64,000 nt of DNA from Candidatus Anstonellales archaeon (GCA_038890615.1 JAWAFI010000001.1:336843-400842), one strand, 5' to 3'; positions 39,849 through 49,484 are shown, numbered from the stretch's first letter. Translations and numbers: made by a program. Notes: generated from the letters alone by a model not told the origin.

Positions 39849-40886
39849 ATGCTCCTCTTGGCACTTCTGCTGCTCAGCCCTTTATGGGCAGCCCGCCTTT
39901 ATGGCTCAATATCAATACCCGAGGGCTCAATGGTGCATAATGCAACCCTTCTCATAAAAGGGGAGGGATTCTCCTACCTCTATTCCCTCTACGGAAAGCA
40001 AAACTATTCACTTGAGCTTCCAGAGGGCAACTATACCATAACTGCTGAATTCGTCTCAGCTGATGGCTTGCTGCTCTATTCATTCTCCAACAAGACCTCG
40101 CTCTCACAAGACACAAAGCTTGACATCCTCTTTGTGCCCCCAAAAGAGGAGTTTCCTTATTGGCTTATCATACTTGTATTTTTCCTTATGCTTGTTGCGC
40201 TTTTCTTTTTCTACCAGCGCTACCAAGAGGAGCAGTGGAGGTATTACCAAGAGGCGCAGAGGCAGAGCCAGCTCGATGCAGAGACGCCTAAATCCCCGGA
40301 AGATGAGCCCAAAAAGGCAAAGGAGAGCAAGCCAGCAGCCAAGAAGGAAGCAAAGGCAAGGAATGCCATTAAAGAGGAAAAGAAGGAGCCAAAGGAAGAG
40401 GAGGGCAAGGCACATAAGGAAAAGATTGAAGAAATAAAGAAGGGCCCAAAGGAAGAGAAAGAGGAAAAGCCAGAGCCCATTGCATCATTTGAGGTTGAGT
40501 TTGAAGGCGAGGAAAAGCAGGAAAGGCCAAAGGAGAGCGAGCTGCCCTCTGATTCTCGTAAGCTCATCCTTGAGCTGAAGCTGCACAGAGGAAGGATGCT
40601 GAAGAAGGACCTAAAGAGAATCCTCAAGTACCCTGATTCAACCCTTGACCTTGTGCTTGCAGAGCTGGAGGATTACGGCTTCATAAAAGTAAGCAAGGAG
40701 GGAAAAGAGAAGGTTGTTGCCCTTTCAGGCATTGAAGAGGAAAATAAGCCAACACAAAGGCCAGCCCCTTCCAAGGAGCCAAAAGCCCAAAGAGCAAAAG
40801 CAGGCAAGAGCCGGGAAAGGCTGCCAGTGAAAAAGCCAGCAAAGAAAAAGCCAAGCAAAAGAAGAAAGGCAAAGCATAAAAAGTAG
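39849..40886 (+). CDS. Second membrane-tethered winged-helix protein (COG2512-like) with K/E-rich linker
   Basis: Signal peptide, carboxypeptidase-regulatory-like ectodomain (LPEGNYTITA), TM helix, LPSD...GRMLKKDL...LVLAELEDYGFI. Confidence 0.75.
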   Translation: MLLLALLLLSPLWAARLYGSISIPEGSMVHNATLLIKGEGFSYLYSLYGKQNYSLELPEGNYTITAEFVSADGLLLYSFSNKTSLSQDTKLDILFVPPKEEFPYWLIILVFFLMLVALFFFYQRYQEEQWRYYQEAQRQSQLDAETPKSPEDEPKKAKESKPAAKKEAKARNAIKEEKKEPKEEEGKAHKEKIEEIKKGPKEEKEEKPEPIASFEVEFEGEEKQERPKESELPSDSRKLILELKLHRGRMLKKDLKRILKYPDSTLDLVLAELEDYGFIKVSKEGKEKVVALSGIEEENKPTQRPAPSKEPKAQRAKAGKSRERLPVKKPAKKKPSKRRKAKHKK

Positions 40887-40961
40887 CGGGCTCGGAGGGA
40901 TTTGAACCCCCGACCTACACCTTAGGAGAGTGCCGCGCTATCCAGGCTGCGCTACGAGCCC
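40887..40961 (-). tRNA. tRNA-Arg(CCT)
   Basis: GGGCTCG/CGAGCCC acceptor; GCACT-CTCCTAA-GGTGT anticodon arm; GGTTCAAATCC. Confidence 0.95.
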
Positions 40962-40988
40962 AAAAAAGAGCTTAATTAAGTTAGTTGA

Positions 40989-41099
40989 TTACTCCTCTTC
41001 CTCGTCTTCCCACTCTTCCTCCTCTTCTTCAAGCTCTTCCTCCTCTTCCTCCTCGTCTTCCCAGTCTTCTTCATCTTCGTCATCCAGGTCTGCAAACAT
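40989..41099 (-). CDS. Hyper-acidic 36-aa microprotein
   Basis: MFADLDDEDEEDWEDEEEEEEELEEEEEEWEDEEEE; AGGTGAT RBS 4 nt before the ATG. Confidence 0.75.
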   Translation of the reverse strand: MFADLDDEDEEDWEDEEEEEEELEEEEEEWEDEEEE

Positions 41100-41151
41100 A
41101 CTTATCACCTATGCTTTAAAGAATTAGAAACCATTAAATAGCTATCGCGGG

Positions 41152-42381
41152 CTATCCCATGCTTATAATCAAGCCTTCCCCAACCTCCCTTATCCTATCC
41201 AGGCTTATCTCTATGTTGGTCCCTGTGGTGCTCTTTATTACAATCCTCTCTTTCTTAGGGTCAATCCCAACTGCGCTCCCTATGAGCATCCCATTTTGGT
41301 CTATTACTTCTTTACCAACTATGCTCATCTTAAGGAGCGCCTCTGTCCTAAGCCCTTTCACCACGCTTATGCCTACAGCAGTAACAATGCCAACTGCTAT
41401 TATGCCTATAACCAAGTCGCTGAACCCTATGTATGGCTCGCTCTCATTTGTAATCCATCTTGCAAACCAGTTTATCACGAAGTATATTGCTATTATGCCA
41501 ATGGTGTACATTCCGTAGGTGGCTATCTTGTAACTCCTGTTCTTCTCAATCAGGGCATCAACAACCCCTCCTATTATGAAAAGGAAAGCCGCCCAAGGCA
41601 TTATTATCATTGCCCCTAGCACGAACTCTCCTATCTCCTTTACTCTGTCATCACTATGGATTGCCTGCATTCCCATCCACAGAGATATTATGAAAAGGAG
41701 TAAGGAAGCCCCTCCTGCTATCCATCCAGGCCTCTCCACTGAGAACTTAAAGCTTTTCAAGCTGCTGCCAATAAGCTCATCTATGCCAAAGCCCTTCAGC
41801 AAAAGGTAGAAGCCAACTATTATCCCGACATACTGCCATGGCAGGTTGAGAAGCGTTATGGCTGAAACCACAAGTATAAAAAGCGCAGGGACTCCCAGCA
41901 AAAGCCTTGCGTAGTAGGGATCCTTCAGCTTCTCGAGCAGCACAAAGTAGGTTTTTTCAAGCTCTTTTGCTTGCTTCATCACGATGTTCTTCACTGCTTC
42001 TACCTTTACCACTGTGTTAATCATAGGCAGCACTTCTTCATCTCCCACCCCATCTCCCACTACTATTGCGCTCTCTGGCTTGAAATCATAAACAATCATG
42101 TCAAGCTGCTTCTTTATCAGCTGGTTGGCAGAGTATCCCAAGTTTTTGTGGCCTGTGAGCACTGCAATCTCAACTTCCCTACCTCCCTTCTTCAATTCAG
42201 AGTATATCTGCACTGCTGCGAACATGGCGTTTGCATCAGGCTCCTCAGGGTCTGCGATTGCCATCTTAATTGCTGCTGCCTTTACATTCTCAAGCCCAAC
42301 CACAGGCCCCCTTACCTTTGCCTTTTCAAACAAGTCATTGTCTATGTCTATGCAAAGGACAAGGGTTCTCATTGCTATCAC
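41152..42381 (-). CDS. DUF373 family membrane protein with C-terminal PRC-barrel-like domain
   Basis: LVLCIDIDNDL, DPEEPDAN, DGVGDE, Q..ELEKTY; TM helices. Confidence 0.85.
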   Translation of the reverse strand: MIAMRTLVLCIDIDNDLFEKAKVRGPVVGLENVKAAAIKMAIADPEEPDANAMFAAVQIYSELKKGGREVEIAVLTGHKNLGYSANQLIKKQLDMIVYDFKPESAIVVGDGVGDEEVLPMINTVVKVEAVKNIVMKQAKELEKTYFVLLEKLKDPYYARLLLGVPALFILVVSAITLLNLPWQYVGIIVGFYLLLKGFGIDELIGSSLKSFKFSVERPGWIAGGASLLLFIISLWMGMQAIHSDDRVKEIGEFVLGAMIIMPWAAFLFIIGGVVDALIEKNRSYKIATYGMYTIGIIAIYFVINWFARWITNESEPYIGFSDLVIGIIAVGIVTAVGISVVKGLRTEALLKMSIVGKEVIDQNGMLIGSAVGIDPKKERIVIKSTTGTNIEISLDRIREVGEGLIISMG

Positions 42382-42434
42382 TTTCTACAAAAATGCTTTT
42401 AAAGGTTGAAGGTATTAAACTTAGCGGTGATTTT

Positions 42435-42836
42435 ATGAAAACAGCATTAGATGTTGAGCCAAACATTATCATCAAAAAGGTTGCAGAAAGCCTTAAAGGC
42501 GTAATCAGCAAGCCTGCTTACATAGATTTCGTAAAGAGCGGCGCGCATGCTGAGAGGCCGCCTGAGCAAGAGGACTTTTGGTATATAAGATGCGCCTCAA
42601 TACTTAGGCATGCATATGCCAACCCGGTTGTGGGGGTCAATAGGCTAAGGAGGCATTATGGGGGCAGGAAGAACAGGGGCTTGCTCCCTGAAAAGCACAG
42701 GCCAGCAGGGGGGAAGATCATAAGGGATGCACTAAGGGCACTTGAGGCAGCAGGATTCCTTGAGAGGGCTGAGCATGGGAGGAAGCTAAGCGCAAAAGGC
42801 AGGAGCTTCCTTGACAAGGTGGCGAAAGAAGCATGA
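42435..42836 (+). CDS. rps19e: 30S ribosomal protein S19e
   Basis: VKSGAHAERPP..DFWYIRCASILR; YGGRKNRG. Confidence 0.96.
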   Translation: MKTALDVEPNIIIKKVAESLKGVISKPAYIDFVKSGAHAERPPEQEDFWYIRCASILRHAYANPVVGVNRLRRHYGGRKNRGLLPEKHRPAGGKIIRDALRALEAAGFLERAEHGRKLSAKGRSFLDKVAKEA

Positions 42837-43090
42837 GCGAGATTGATGAATCTTTAAGAAAAGAGATGCAGCTCAAGGCATTGCTAAGGCAATGCTTGGA
42901 GAATGATGCTTATGAAAGGCTTATGAATGTGAGGCTTGCGAATGAGGAGCTTTACCTAACCTCTTCTGAAGTGGTCATAGCCAATTCAAGGAGGCTTGGC
43001 AGGAAGCTCAATGATGCAGAGATGCTTACCATTCTAAGGCGCCTGAAGGGGCCAAAGCAAAGCGGCTCCATCAATATAAGGAGAAGATGA
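42833..43090 (+). CDS. PDCD5-family DNA-binding protein
   Basis: LRQCLENDAYERLMNVRL...INIRRR; conserved position after rps19e. Confidence 0.85.
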   Translation: MSEIDESLRKEMQLKALLRQCLENDAYERLMNVRLANEELYLTSSEVVIANSRRLGRKLNDAEMLTILRRLKGPKQSGSINIRRR

Positions 43091-43094
43091 TTTT

Positions 43095-43247
43095 ATGGCA
43101 AAAGACCTTAAGACAAAAATGAGGCTTGCAAAAGCTGCAAGAAGGACAAAAGGGCTTTCAAATTTCGTTTTAGTAAGGACAAGGAGAAGAATAAAGAGTG
43201 CAGGGAAGCGAAGACATTGGAAAGGCCCAAAGCTTAAGCTAAGGTGA
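43095..43247 (+). CDS. rpl39e: 50S ribosomal protein L39e
   Basis: Below track cutoff: MAKDLKTKMRLAKAARRT...RRHWKGPKLKLR; precedes rpl31e. Confidence 0.88.
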   Translation: MAKDLKTKMRLAKAARRTKGLSNFVLVRTRRRIKSAGKRRHWKGPKLKLR

Positions 43248-43251
43248 TGCT

Positions 43252-43647
43252 ATGGAAGAGCGCATTTACACAATAAGCCTGAGGGAGGCATTCAGCCACA
43301 GCAGGGCAAAAAAGGCAGAAAGGGCTGTTAAAGAGATAAAGGAATACTTAAAGAAGCACACTAAGAAGGAAAAGGTGTCTATAAGCAATGCAATATCGCA
43401 GGCGGTCTATGCAAGGGGCTACAAGAAGTGCCCAAGGAAAGTCAAAGTAATAGTCAGAATAGAAGAAGATTCTGCAAAGGCCTACCTGTTCGGGGAAGAG
43501 CCCAAAAAGGAAGAGCCAAAGAAAGAGAAAAAAGAGGAGAAGCCTGAAGGCAAGGAAGAGCCCAAAAAGGAAGAGCCAAAGAAAGAGGAGCCCAAGGAAG
43601 GGGCAAAAAGCAAGGCAGAAAATAAGCAAGCAAAGAGCTCCACATGA
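43252..43647 (+). CDS. rpl31e: 50S ribosomal protein L31e with EEPKK-repeat tail
   Basis: ERIYTISLR...KKAERAVKEIK...RGYKKCPRKVKV. Confidence 0.93.
   Translation: MEERIYTISLREAFSHSRAKKAERAVKEIKEYLKKHTKKEKVSISNAISQAVYARGYKKCPRKVKVIVRIEEDSAKAYLFGEEPKKEEPKKEKKEEKPEGKEEPKKEEPKKEEPKEGAKSKAENKQAKSST
43494..43587 (+). repeat. Exact 34-bp direct repeat (60-bp period) in the rpl31e tail
   Basis: GGAAGAGCCCAAAAAGGAAGAGCCAAAGAAAGAG at 43494 and 43554. Confidence 0.85.
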
Positions 43648-44288
43648 AGCTGTCCTACTTCAGGAACGAGAATATAGGGCTCTACTTTTTCACCAATGAC
43701 AGGGTTACTATTGCCCCTCCTGCACTGCCTGAAAAGGATGCAGAGGCGATAGGCAGGAGGCTTGGCACCAAGGTAGTGCGCACCGAGGTATGCGGAAGCG
43801 ATTTTATAGGTATTTACTGCGCAGGCAACAACAACGGCATAATAATCCCAGAAATGGCAACAAAAGAAGAGGCAGGATCCATTGAAGGGGTTGAGGTATT
43901 CCAAATAAGGAGCAGGGCAAATGCATTTGGCAACAACATAGCTGCAAACTCTAAGGTTGCCCTAGTTGGCCCAGTATACAATTCAAAGGAGAAGGAAGCA
44001 ATAAGGGATGCGCTTGATGTAGAAGTAATAGAGGTTGACTTAGCTGGCTACCCTACAGTAGGGTCTCTTATAAGGATGAACGATACCGCCTTCCTTCTGG
44101 GCTACAAGGCAGAGGAAGAGATTGATCATCTTAAGGAAATTCTTGGCATGGAGGGAAAGGCTGGCTCTGTGAACATGGGTTCGCCAATAATAAAATTAGG
44201 TTGCGTTGTAAACAACAAAGCTTATATAGCAGGATCTGCCTGCTCTGGGGTCGAGATCGGTACCATGGAAGAGGTGTTTATGCTATGA
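43644..44288 (+). CDS. eif6: Translation initiation factor aIF6
   Basis: NIGLY, GNNNGIIIP, FGNNIAAN and GSVNMGSP motifs. Confidence 0.93.
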   Translation: MKLSYFRNENIGLYFFTNDRVTIAPPALPEKDAEAIGRRLGTKVVRTEVCGSDFIGIYCAGNNNGIIIPEMATKEEAGSIEGVEVFQIRSRANAFGNNIAANSKVALVGPVYNSKEKEAIRDALDVEVIEVDLAGYPTVGSLIRMNDTAFLLGYKAEEEIDHLKEILGMEGKAGSVNMGSPIIKLGCVVNNKAYIAGSACSGVEIGTMEEVFML

Positions 44289-44593
44289 TACAATACGCTG
44301 ATTTCGCAAAGCTCGAGCTGGTTGTCGCGAAGGTCTTAAGCGTGGAAGATGTGGAAGGCGCTGACAGGCTCTACAAGCTTACCCTTGACATAGGCGGCTC
44401 AACTGCTACTGTTGTGGCTGGGATAAAGGGCTTCTATAAAAAAGAGGAGCTTTTAGGCAAGCAGCTTGTATTGCTAAAGAACCTTGAGCCGCGAATAGTA
44501 AAAGGAATAAAATCAGAAGGCATGATACTGGCTACTGCTGGGTCTGTAATAACCCTGGACAGGGAGCAGCGCCCAGGGGAAAGGGTGATGTGA
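44285..44593 (+). CDS. Stand-alone tRNA-binding OB-fold protein (Trbp111/MetG C-domain)
   Basis: DFAKLELVVAKV...GADRLYKL...NLEPR...SEGMIL. Confidence 0.9.
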   Translation: MIQYADFAKLELVVAKVLSVEDVEGADRLYKLTLDIGGSTATVVAGIKGFYKKEELLGKQLVLLKNLEPRIVKGIKSEGMILATAGSVITLDREQRPGERVM

Positions 44594-44749
44594 ATGAAAG
44601 TAAAAGGGTTTTTTAAAAAGCTAAAAAAGAGGTTCGAGATTGAGGTGGATGCAAAATCAAAGAAGGAGGCAATGGAAAAGGCCTATTCTTACTTCGGCTC
44701 AAAGATGGGCATGAAGAGAGGAACAGTTGAGATAACAGAGGTGGCATGA
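44594..44749 (+). CDS. rpl18a: 50S ribosomal protein LX (eL20/L18Ae)
   Basis: Below track cutoff: MKVKGFF...EAMEKAYSYFGSKMGMKRGTVEITEVA; precedes pfdA. Confidence 0.85.
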   Translation: MKVKGFFKKLKKRFEIEVDAKSKKEAMEKAYSYFGSKMGMKRGTVEITEVA

Positions 44750-45133
44750 ATGCAGAGCATAGAGCAGGAGTACCAAGTGCTCCTAAGCCAGAGGTCTGTT
44801 TTTGCCTCTGAGCTTGAGAACCTTGCCTCGCTTTTGGCAGTGCTTAGCGGAGCAGCTGTATCGCTTGAGGAAATGAAGAACAGCGCCTGGGTCTCGCTTG
44901 GGGCGCAAGCAGGTTTCATACTTGCAAAGGAGATAAGCGATGAGGTCCTTGTGCCAGTTGGCTTCCGCTTCTACTTGAAAATGCCAAAGGCTTCTGCCAA
45001 AGAAAAGATAGAGAAAAGGGTTAATCAAGTAAGGAAGGCAATAGCCAAGCTTAATGAAGAGGTGGAGAAGATTGAGAGGCGCATGCTTGAGATGCGCAAA
45101 GAGGCGCTGAAGGCGAGAAAAGGAGATGTTTGA
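44750..45133 (+). CDS. pfdA: Prefoldin alpha subunit
   Basis: Coiled coils flanking VSLGA...VLVPVGFRFY hairpins; position before ftsY. Confidence 0.85.
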   Translation: MQSIEQEYQVLLSQRSVFASELENLASLLAVLSGAAVSLEEMKNSAWVSLGAQAGFILAKEISDEVLVPVGFRFYLKMPKASAKEKIEKRVNQVRKAIAKLNEEVEKIERRMLEMRKEALKARKGDV

Positions 45134-46103
45134 CCTACTCAAGAAGCATATAAGCAACTTTGTTGAAGGCGCAAAAGAGTTCATTGGTGAGAAGAAAAAA
45201 GAGGTTAGCCAGGAAGTTGCAGCAAAAGTAGCCACAATAGGGAAAGGGGTAAAGGAAATAGCCACTGGGGAGCTTGAGATAGAGGAAAAGGACTTAGAGC
45301 CCCATCTGCGCGAGCTTGAGATAAGCCTGCTCTCCTCAAATGTTGCCCAAGAAGCAGTGCAGCAGGTCATTTCAGACCTGAAGAAAGACTTGGTGGGCAG
45401 GAAGCTCAAAAAAGCAGAATTGAACTCTGTTGTAAAGGCATCCCTTCGCTCATCGTTTGAACGTCTCCTTATGAAGGAGCGCCCCCTGATAAAAGATTTC
45501 ATCAAGGGCAAGCCTTCTGTAATCCTTTTCTTTGGCCCAAATGGCACTGGCAAAACAACAACAATAGCAAAGGTTGCCCTTCTCCTAAAGGAGCAAGGCT
45601 ATAACCCAGTAATTGCTGCAGCAGACACATTCCGTGCTGCTGCAATAGAGCAGCTTGAGAAGCACGGAGCCAACATAGATGTCAAAGTTATAAAGAGCAA
45701 GTATGGCGCTGACCCTGCTTCTGTTGCTTACACTGCCAAGCAGTATGCAATTGCCCATTCCTGCGATGTGGTGCTTGTTGACACAGCAGGGAGGCAGGAC
45801 CTTAACAGGAACCTCATGAAGGAGCTTGCGAAGATAGCTAGGGTTTCTTCCCCCGATGCTAAGTTTTACATAGGTGAAAGCATTACAGGCAATGCGATAG
45901 TTGAGCAGGTGAATGCATTCAACAAAGAGATAAAGATTGATGGTGTAATCCTGACCAAGGTCGACTTAGACCGGAAAGGCGGCAGCGTAATATCTGTTGA
46001 GAAGGCTACAGGGGTCCCGATCCTATATGTGACAAACGGCCAGGGCTACAAAGACATAGAGCCTTTTGATGGGAAAAAATACATTGACCTTTTGCTGCCA
46101 TAA
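45126..46103 (+). CDS. ftsY: SRP receptor FtsY
   Basis: GPNGTGKTTT, DTFRAAAIEQL, DTAGR, TKVD..KGG and GQGY motifs. Confidence 0.96.
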   Translation: MFDLLKKHISNFVEGAKEFIGEKKKEVSQEVAAKVATIGKGVKEIATGELEIEEKDLEPHLRELEISLLSSNVAQEAVQQVISDLKKDLVGRKLKKAELNSVVKASLRSSFERLLMKERPLIKDFIKGKPSVILFFGPNGTGKTTTIAKVALLLKEQGYNPVIAAADTFRAAAIEQLEKHGANIDVKVIKSKYGADPASVAYTAKQYAIAHSCDVVLVDTAGRQDLNRNLMKELAKIARVSSPDAKFYIGESITGNAIVEQVNAFNKEIKIDGVILTKVDLDRKGGSVISVEKATGVPILYVTNGQGYKDIEPFDGKKYIDLLLP

Positions 46104-46172
46104 AATACCTCTTTGGTTGCCACTAAATTGTTTTTGGCAAAGATATTTAAACCACCCATGCAAATAGCTCCC

Positions 46173-47171
46173 ATGAAAAAACAGCCTTCACGAGAAAGCA
46201 CAAGCCAGCAAGAGAGCGTTATGCTCGCAGGGGCGCTCCTCGTTGGTGTTGTGCTTGGGATTGCAATAGGTTACGGTGTTTTTGTTCTTATGGCACCGCC
46301 ACAGCAGCAAATCACCCAAACAACTGCAAACAACACAACTTCCTTCCAGATAAGCAACGCAAAGATCCAAGAGCAGCTGGGCTACTTTGAGGAATACTAT
46401 GCACTAATGGGCCAGAAAATAAAGTTCACCCTTGTCTCAGCAAAGCTTAACCAAGAGGGTTTGATAGAGGCTTCTGTAAAGGAGGCAACAACAGGGCAAG
46501 AAATAACATTCTACTTTACCCAGAAATACAACTTTGTGCCCCAAGGGCCTGTAAACCTAAAGGAAGTGCTTGACCAGATAAAGCAGCAGTTTGTCATACC
46601 AACAGCAGAAAAGCCAGTGGTTAAGCTCTTCATAATGAGCTACTGCCCGTACGGCAACATAGCTGAGAATGCCATAAAGGACGTGATTCTCCTCTTAGAC
46701 AACAAGATTGATTTTGAGCCAGTTTATATAATTTCAGGGAGCAACGGCAACTACCAATCCCTGCATGGGGTAAACGAGCTGAACCAAGACATAAGGGAGA
46801 AGCTAATCTACAAAGAGTATGGCTCAAAGGTTTGGATGGAATACGTATATGCTGTGAATGCCCAATGCTCTCTAGACACAATTGAGACCTGCTGGAAAGA
46901 AGTAGCTGATTCAATGGGTATTGATTCTTCAAAGATACAGCAGAGGTACGATTCTGAGTTCAATGCAATTGCTGATGAAGAAGTGCAGAAGACCATTAGC
47001 TACCAAGTAACTGGCTCCCCAACGCTGCTAATAAACGGGAAGCCGTACAATGGGCAAAGGTCTGCAAGTGCATACTTGGAAGGGATATGCTCTGGCTTCA
47101 ATAACCCGCCTTCAGAGTGCAGCGCAGAGCTTAGCGGGGCAACATCAGCACCTTCAGGCAGCTGCGGCTGA
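46173..47171 (+). CDS. Membrane-anchored DsbA/thioredoxin-fold protein
   Basis: N-terminal TM helix; FIMSYCPYG, SLHG..E and GSPTLLING motifs. Confidence 0.8.
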   Translation: MKKQPSRESTSQQESVMLAGALLVGVVLGIAIGYGVFVLMAPPQQQITQTTANNTTSFQISNAKIQEQLGYFEEYYALMGQKIKFTLVSAKLNQEGLIEASVKEATTGQEITFYFTQKYNFVPQGPVNLKEVLDQIKQQFVIPTAEKPVVKLFIMSYCPYGNIAENAIKDVILLLDNKIDFEPVYIISGSNGNYQSLHGVNELNQDIREKLIYKEYGSKVWMEYVYAVNAQCSLDTIETCWKEVADSMGIDSSKIQQRYDSEFNAIADEEVQKTISYQVTGSPTLLINGKPYNGQRSASAYLEGICSGFNNPPSECSAELSGATSAPSGSCG

Positions 47172-47213
47172 GCCAAAGCCTAACCTTTTAAACTATTTTC
47201 CCCTTTTTCTTGC

Positions 47214-47873
47214 ATGCACTTGGCTTTTATACCAGATGGCAATAGAAGGTGGGCTGCAAGCAAGGGCCTCAAGCTTGCAGAGGCATATGAGGTTGGCATA
47301 AAAAAAGTCAAGGATGTTGCAGAGTGGTCGCTAAAGCACGGCGCAGACCAGGTTAGCTTCTGGGGGTTCTCAACAGACAACTTCAACCGCTCAGAGTCAG
47401 AAAAGGCGCAGTTGTTTGCCCTTTTCAGGCGCTTCCTGATGCAGGTTGTTGAGGAGCTTTCAGAGACAGATAAGGTATCAATCCTATTCACTGGGGACAT
47501 TGACAGGTTCCCAAAGGACATTGCAGACATGATGCGGGATGTTATGAGCCGCACAAAAGGCAGGTCAAAAATAATAAACATATACGCTGCTTATGGGGGG
47601 CGCGAAGAGATAGCGCAAGCAGCTGCAAACCTCTCAAAGCAGGGAAAGGAGATAACCGTTGAATCAATCTCAAAAGAGATAAGCCCCATGCTTTCTGACA
47701 TAGACATCATAGTGCGCACTTCTGGGGAGAAAAGGTTCAGCAACTTTGCCCTCTGGAAGGGGGCATACGCTGAATTCGTGTTCCTTGACAAGTACTGGCC
47801 TGAGCTGACAGAGCAGGACATAGAAAAGATATTTGCTGACTTCAAAAGCAGGGAAAGGAGGTTTGGAAAGTGA
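47214..47873 (+). CDS. uppS: cis-prenyltransferase (polyprenyl diphosphate synthase)
   Basis: HLAFIPDGNRRWA, FSTDNFNR, RTSGEKRFSNF and RRFG motifs. Confidence 0.95.
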   Translation: MHLAFIPDGNRRWAASKGLKLAEAYEVGIKKVKDVAEWSLKHGADQVSFWGFSTDNFNRSESEKAQLFALFRRFLMQVVEELSETDKVSILFTGDIDRFPKDIADMMRDVMSRTKGRSKIINIYAAYGGREEIAQAAANLSKQGKEITVESISKEISPMLSDIDIIVRTSGEKRFSNFALWKGAYAEFVFLDKYWPELTEQDIEKIFADFKSRERRFGK

Positions 47874-48211
47874 AGGCACTTGGCAAGCTGATGAACTTGA
47901 CAAAGGGTTCGCTTATTGCAAAGGAATGCTTCTTGGTTGAAACAAATTTTGAGAGGGCAAGGGGTCTTATGTTCAGCCAAAAGAAATGCTTGGTTTTCAA
48001 ATGCGATGGCTTCCTTCCAGTCCATTCGTTCTTTGTGTTCTTCCCAATAACTTTGCTCTACATAAAAAAAAGGAGGGTTGTGGAGAAGCACCTCCTAATG
48101 CCTTTTACAGCGCATTACAAGAATAGCCACCCCGCAGAATACATGATTGAAGTGCCTGGGGAATGCAACGCAAAAAAGGGCGATAGGGTTGCTTGGGTGG
48201 AAGATAGTTGA
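47870..48211 (+). CDS. DUF192 family protein
   Basis: ERARGLMF...VHSFFVFFPI...YMIEVP...GDRV. Confidence 0.85.
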   Translation: MKALGKLMNLTKGSLIAKECFLVETNFERARGLMFSQKKCLVFKCDGFLPVHSFFVFFPITLLYIKKRRVVEKHLLMPFTAHYKNSHPAEYMIEVPGECNAKKGDRVAWVEDS

Positions 48212-49484
48212 GCAAGGGGCTTATAGGATCCCGCTAAAGGCCTTAAGCAGTGATGAAGAGGGCCTTCTCTCAACATTCCTTTCAAATGTTTCGCTCCAAG
48301 AATCAGAGCTTTCTTCAATAAAGGCAGAGCTTGACTCATTTGCCCATTCTCAGGGAATATACCTTGACCATGGCCAGCTTGGCTACCTTTCAGAATACCT
48401 TTTCCACCATGTATTCGGCTTTGCCTTCCTAGATTTCCTGCTAAAGGACGATTCAATAGAGGAGATAAGCATACCTCAGGTAGGCAAGAACGCATATGTT
48501 TTCATAAGGAAGAAGGGATGGCAGAAGGTCAACGCAATGTTTACAACAGAAGAGGCAGTTATGGAAACAGCCAACAAGATGGCGAAGTCATGCGGAAGGC
48601 GCATAACCTACAAGAGCCCTCGGCTTGATGCAGTGCTGCCAGATGGCTCGCGCCTGCATGCCTCCTTATTCCCAATCTCAGGGGGTGAGCTGACAATAAG
48701 GAAGTTCAGGCAAAGCCCGTTCTCCCCCCACGAGCTTTTCTCCTCTTCTACCTATCCTCTTGAAGCGCTTTCATTCCTTTCCTTCGTATTCCAGTCAGAC
48801 CTTTCAATACTCATTGCAGGCAACACAGCAAGCGGTAAAACGACTTCTTTAAACTCCTTCTTCTCATATGTGCCCCTGAATGAACGGGTTGTTATTACTG
48901 AGCAAACCCCAGAGATAAACATACCCCATGAGCACGTAGTCCGCCTTGTTGCAAGCCCTGAATCAGGGGTGGGAATGAGCGACATAATATACGACACTTT
49001 CAGGATGAGGCCTGACCGCCTTATAGTAGGGGAAGCAAGGAGCGCCCAAGAAGTCAATGCCTTGTTTGATTCCCTGCTCGCAGGTCAGGCGAGGGGTTGC
49101 TATGCAACATTCCACGCAAACAGCTCATCAGAGGCTCTCAAGCGCCTCTCCCTCTTGGGAATCTCGGAGCTTGACCTTAAGGCAATAGATTTGGTTGTTG
49201 TGCAGAAAAGGATGCTCCGCTATGACCCAAAAGAGCGGAAGAATGCCGAGCTAAGGAGGATGCTTGAGATTTTTGATGTCAAGGAAGGCAAGCAGGTGTT
49301 TATGTTCAACGGAAAAGGATGGAAAGAGAGAAGCACCCTTTCTCTCAGCCGAATCTCCTCCTCGCTTGGGATAACAGCAAAGGAGCTTTCAGCCCAAAGA
49401 AAGGCAAGGGAATCTTTCATAAGGAAGCAAAGGGATTTCAGCAGCTTCGTAAGCGCCTTCCAGAAGGAATTCTATGGACTATAA
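48189..49484 (+). CDS. Type IV pilus/type II secretion ATPase (CpaF/FlaI/VirB11 family); start approximate
   Basis: LPDGSRL, LTIRKF, GNTASGKTT, RMRPDRLIVGEAR and TFHA motifs. Confidence 0.92.
   Translation: MLGWKIVEQGAYRIPLKALSSDEEGLLSTFLSNVSLQESELSSIKAELDSFAHSQGIYLDHGQLGYLSEYLFHHVFGFAFLDFLLKDDSIEEISIPQVGKNAYVFIRKKGWQKVNAMFTTEEAVMETANKMAKSCGRRITYKSPRLDAVLPDGSRLHASLFPISGGELTIRKFRQSPFSPHELFSSSTYPLEALSFLSFVFQSDLSILIAGNTASGKTTSLNSFFSYVPLNERVVITEQTPEINIPHEHVVRLVASPESGVGMSDIIYDTFRMRPDRLIVGEARSAQEVNALFDSLLAGQARGCYATFHANSSSEALKRLSLLGISELDLKAIDLVVVQKRMLRYDPKERKNAELRRMLEIFDVKEGKQVFMFNGKGWKERSTLSLSRISSSLGITAKELSAQRKARESFIRKQRDFSSFVSAFQKEFYGL

Noticed and set aside
40930..41127. Poly-Ser ORF on the + strand
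   Set aside because: Antisense shadow of the acidic microprotein; it also overlaps tRNA-Arg.
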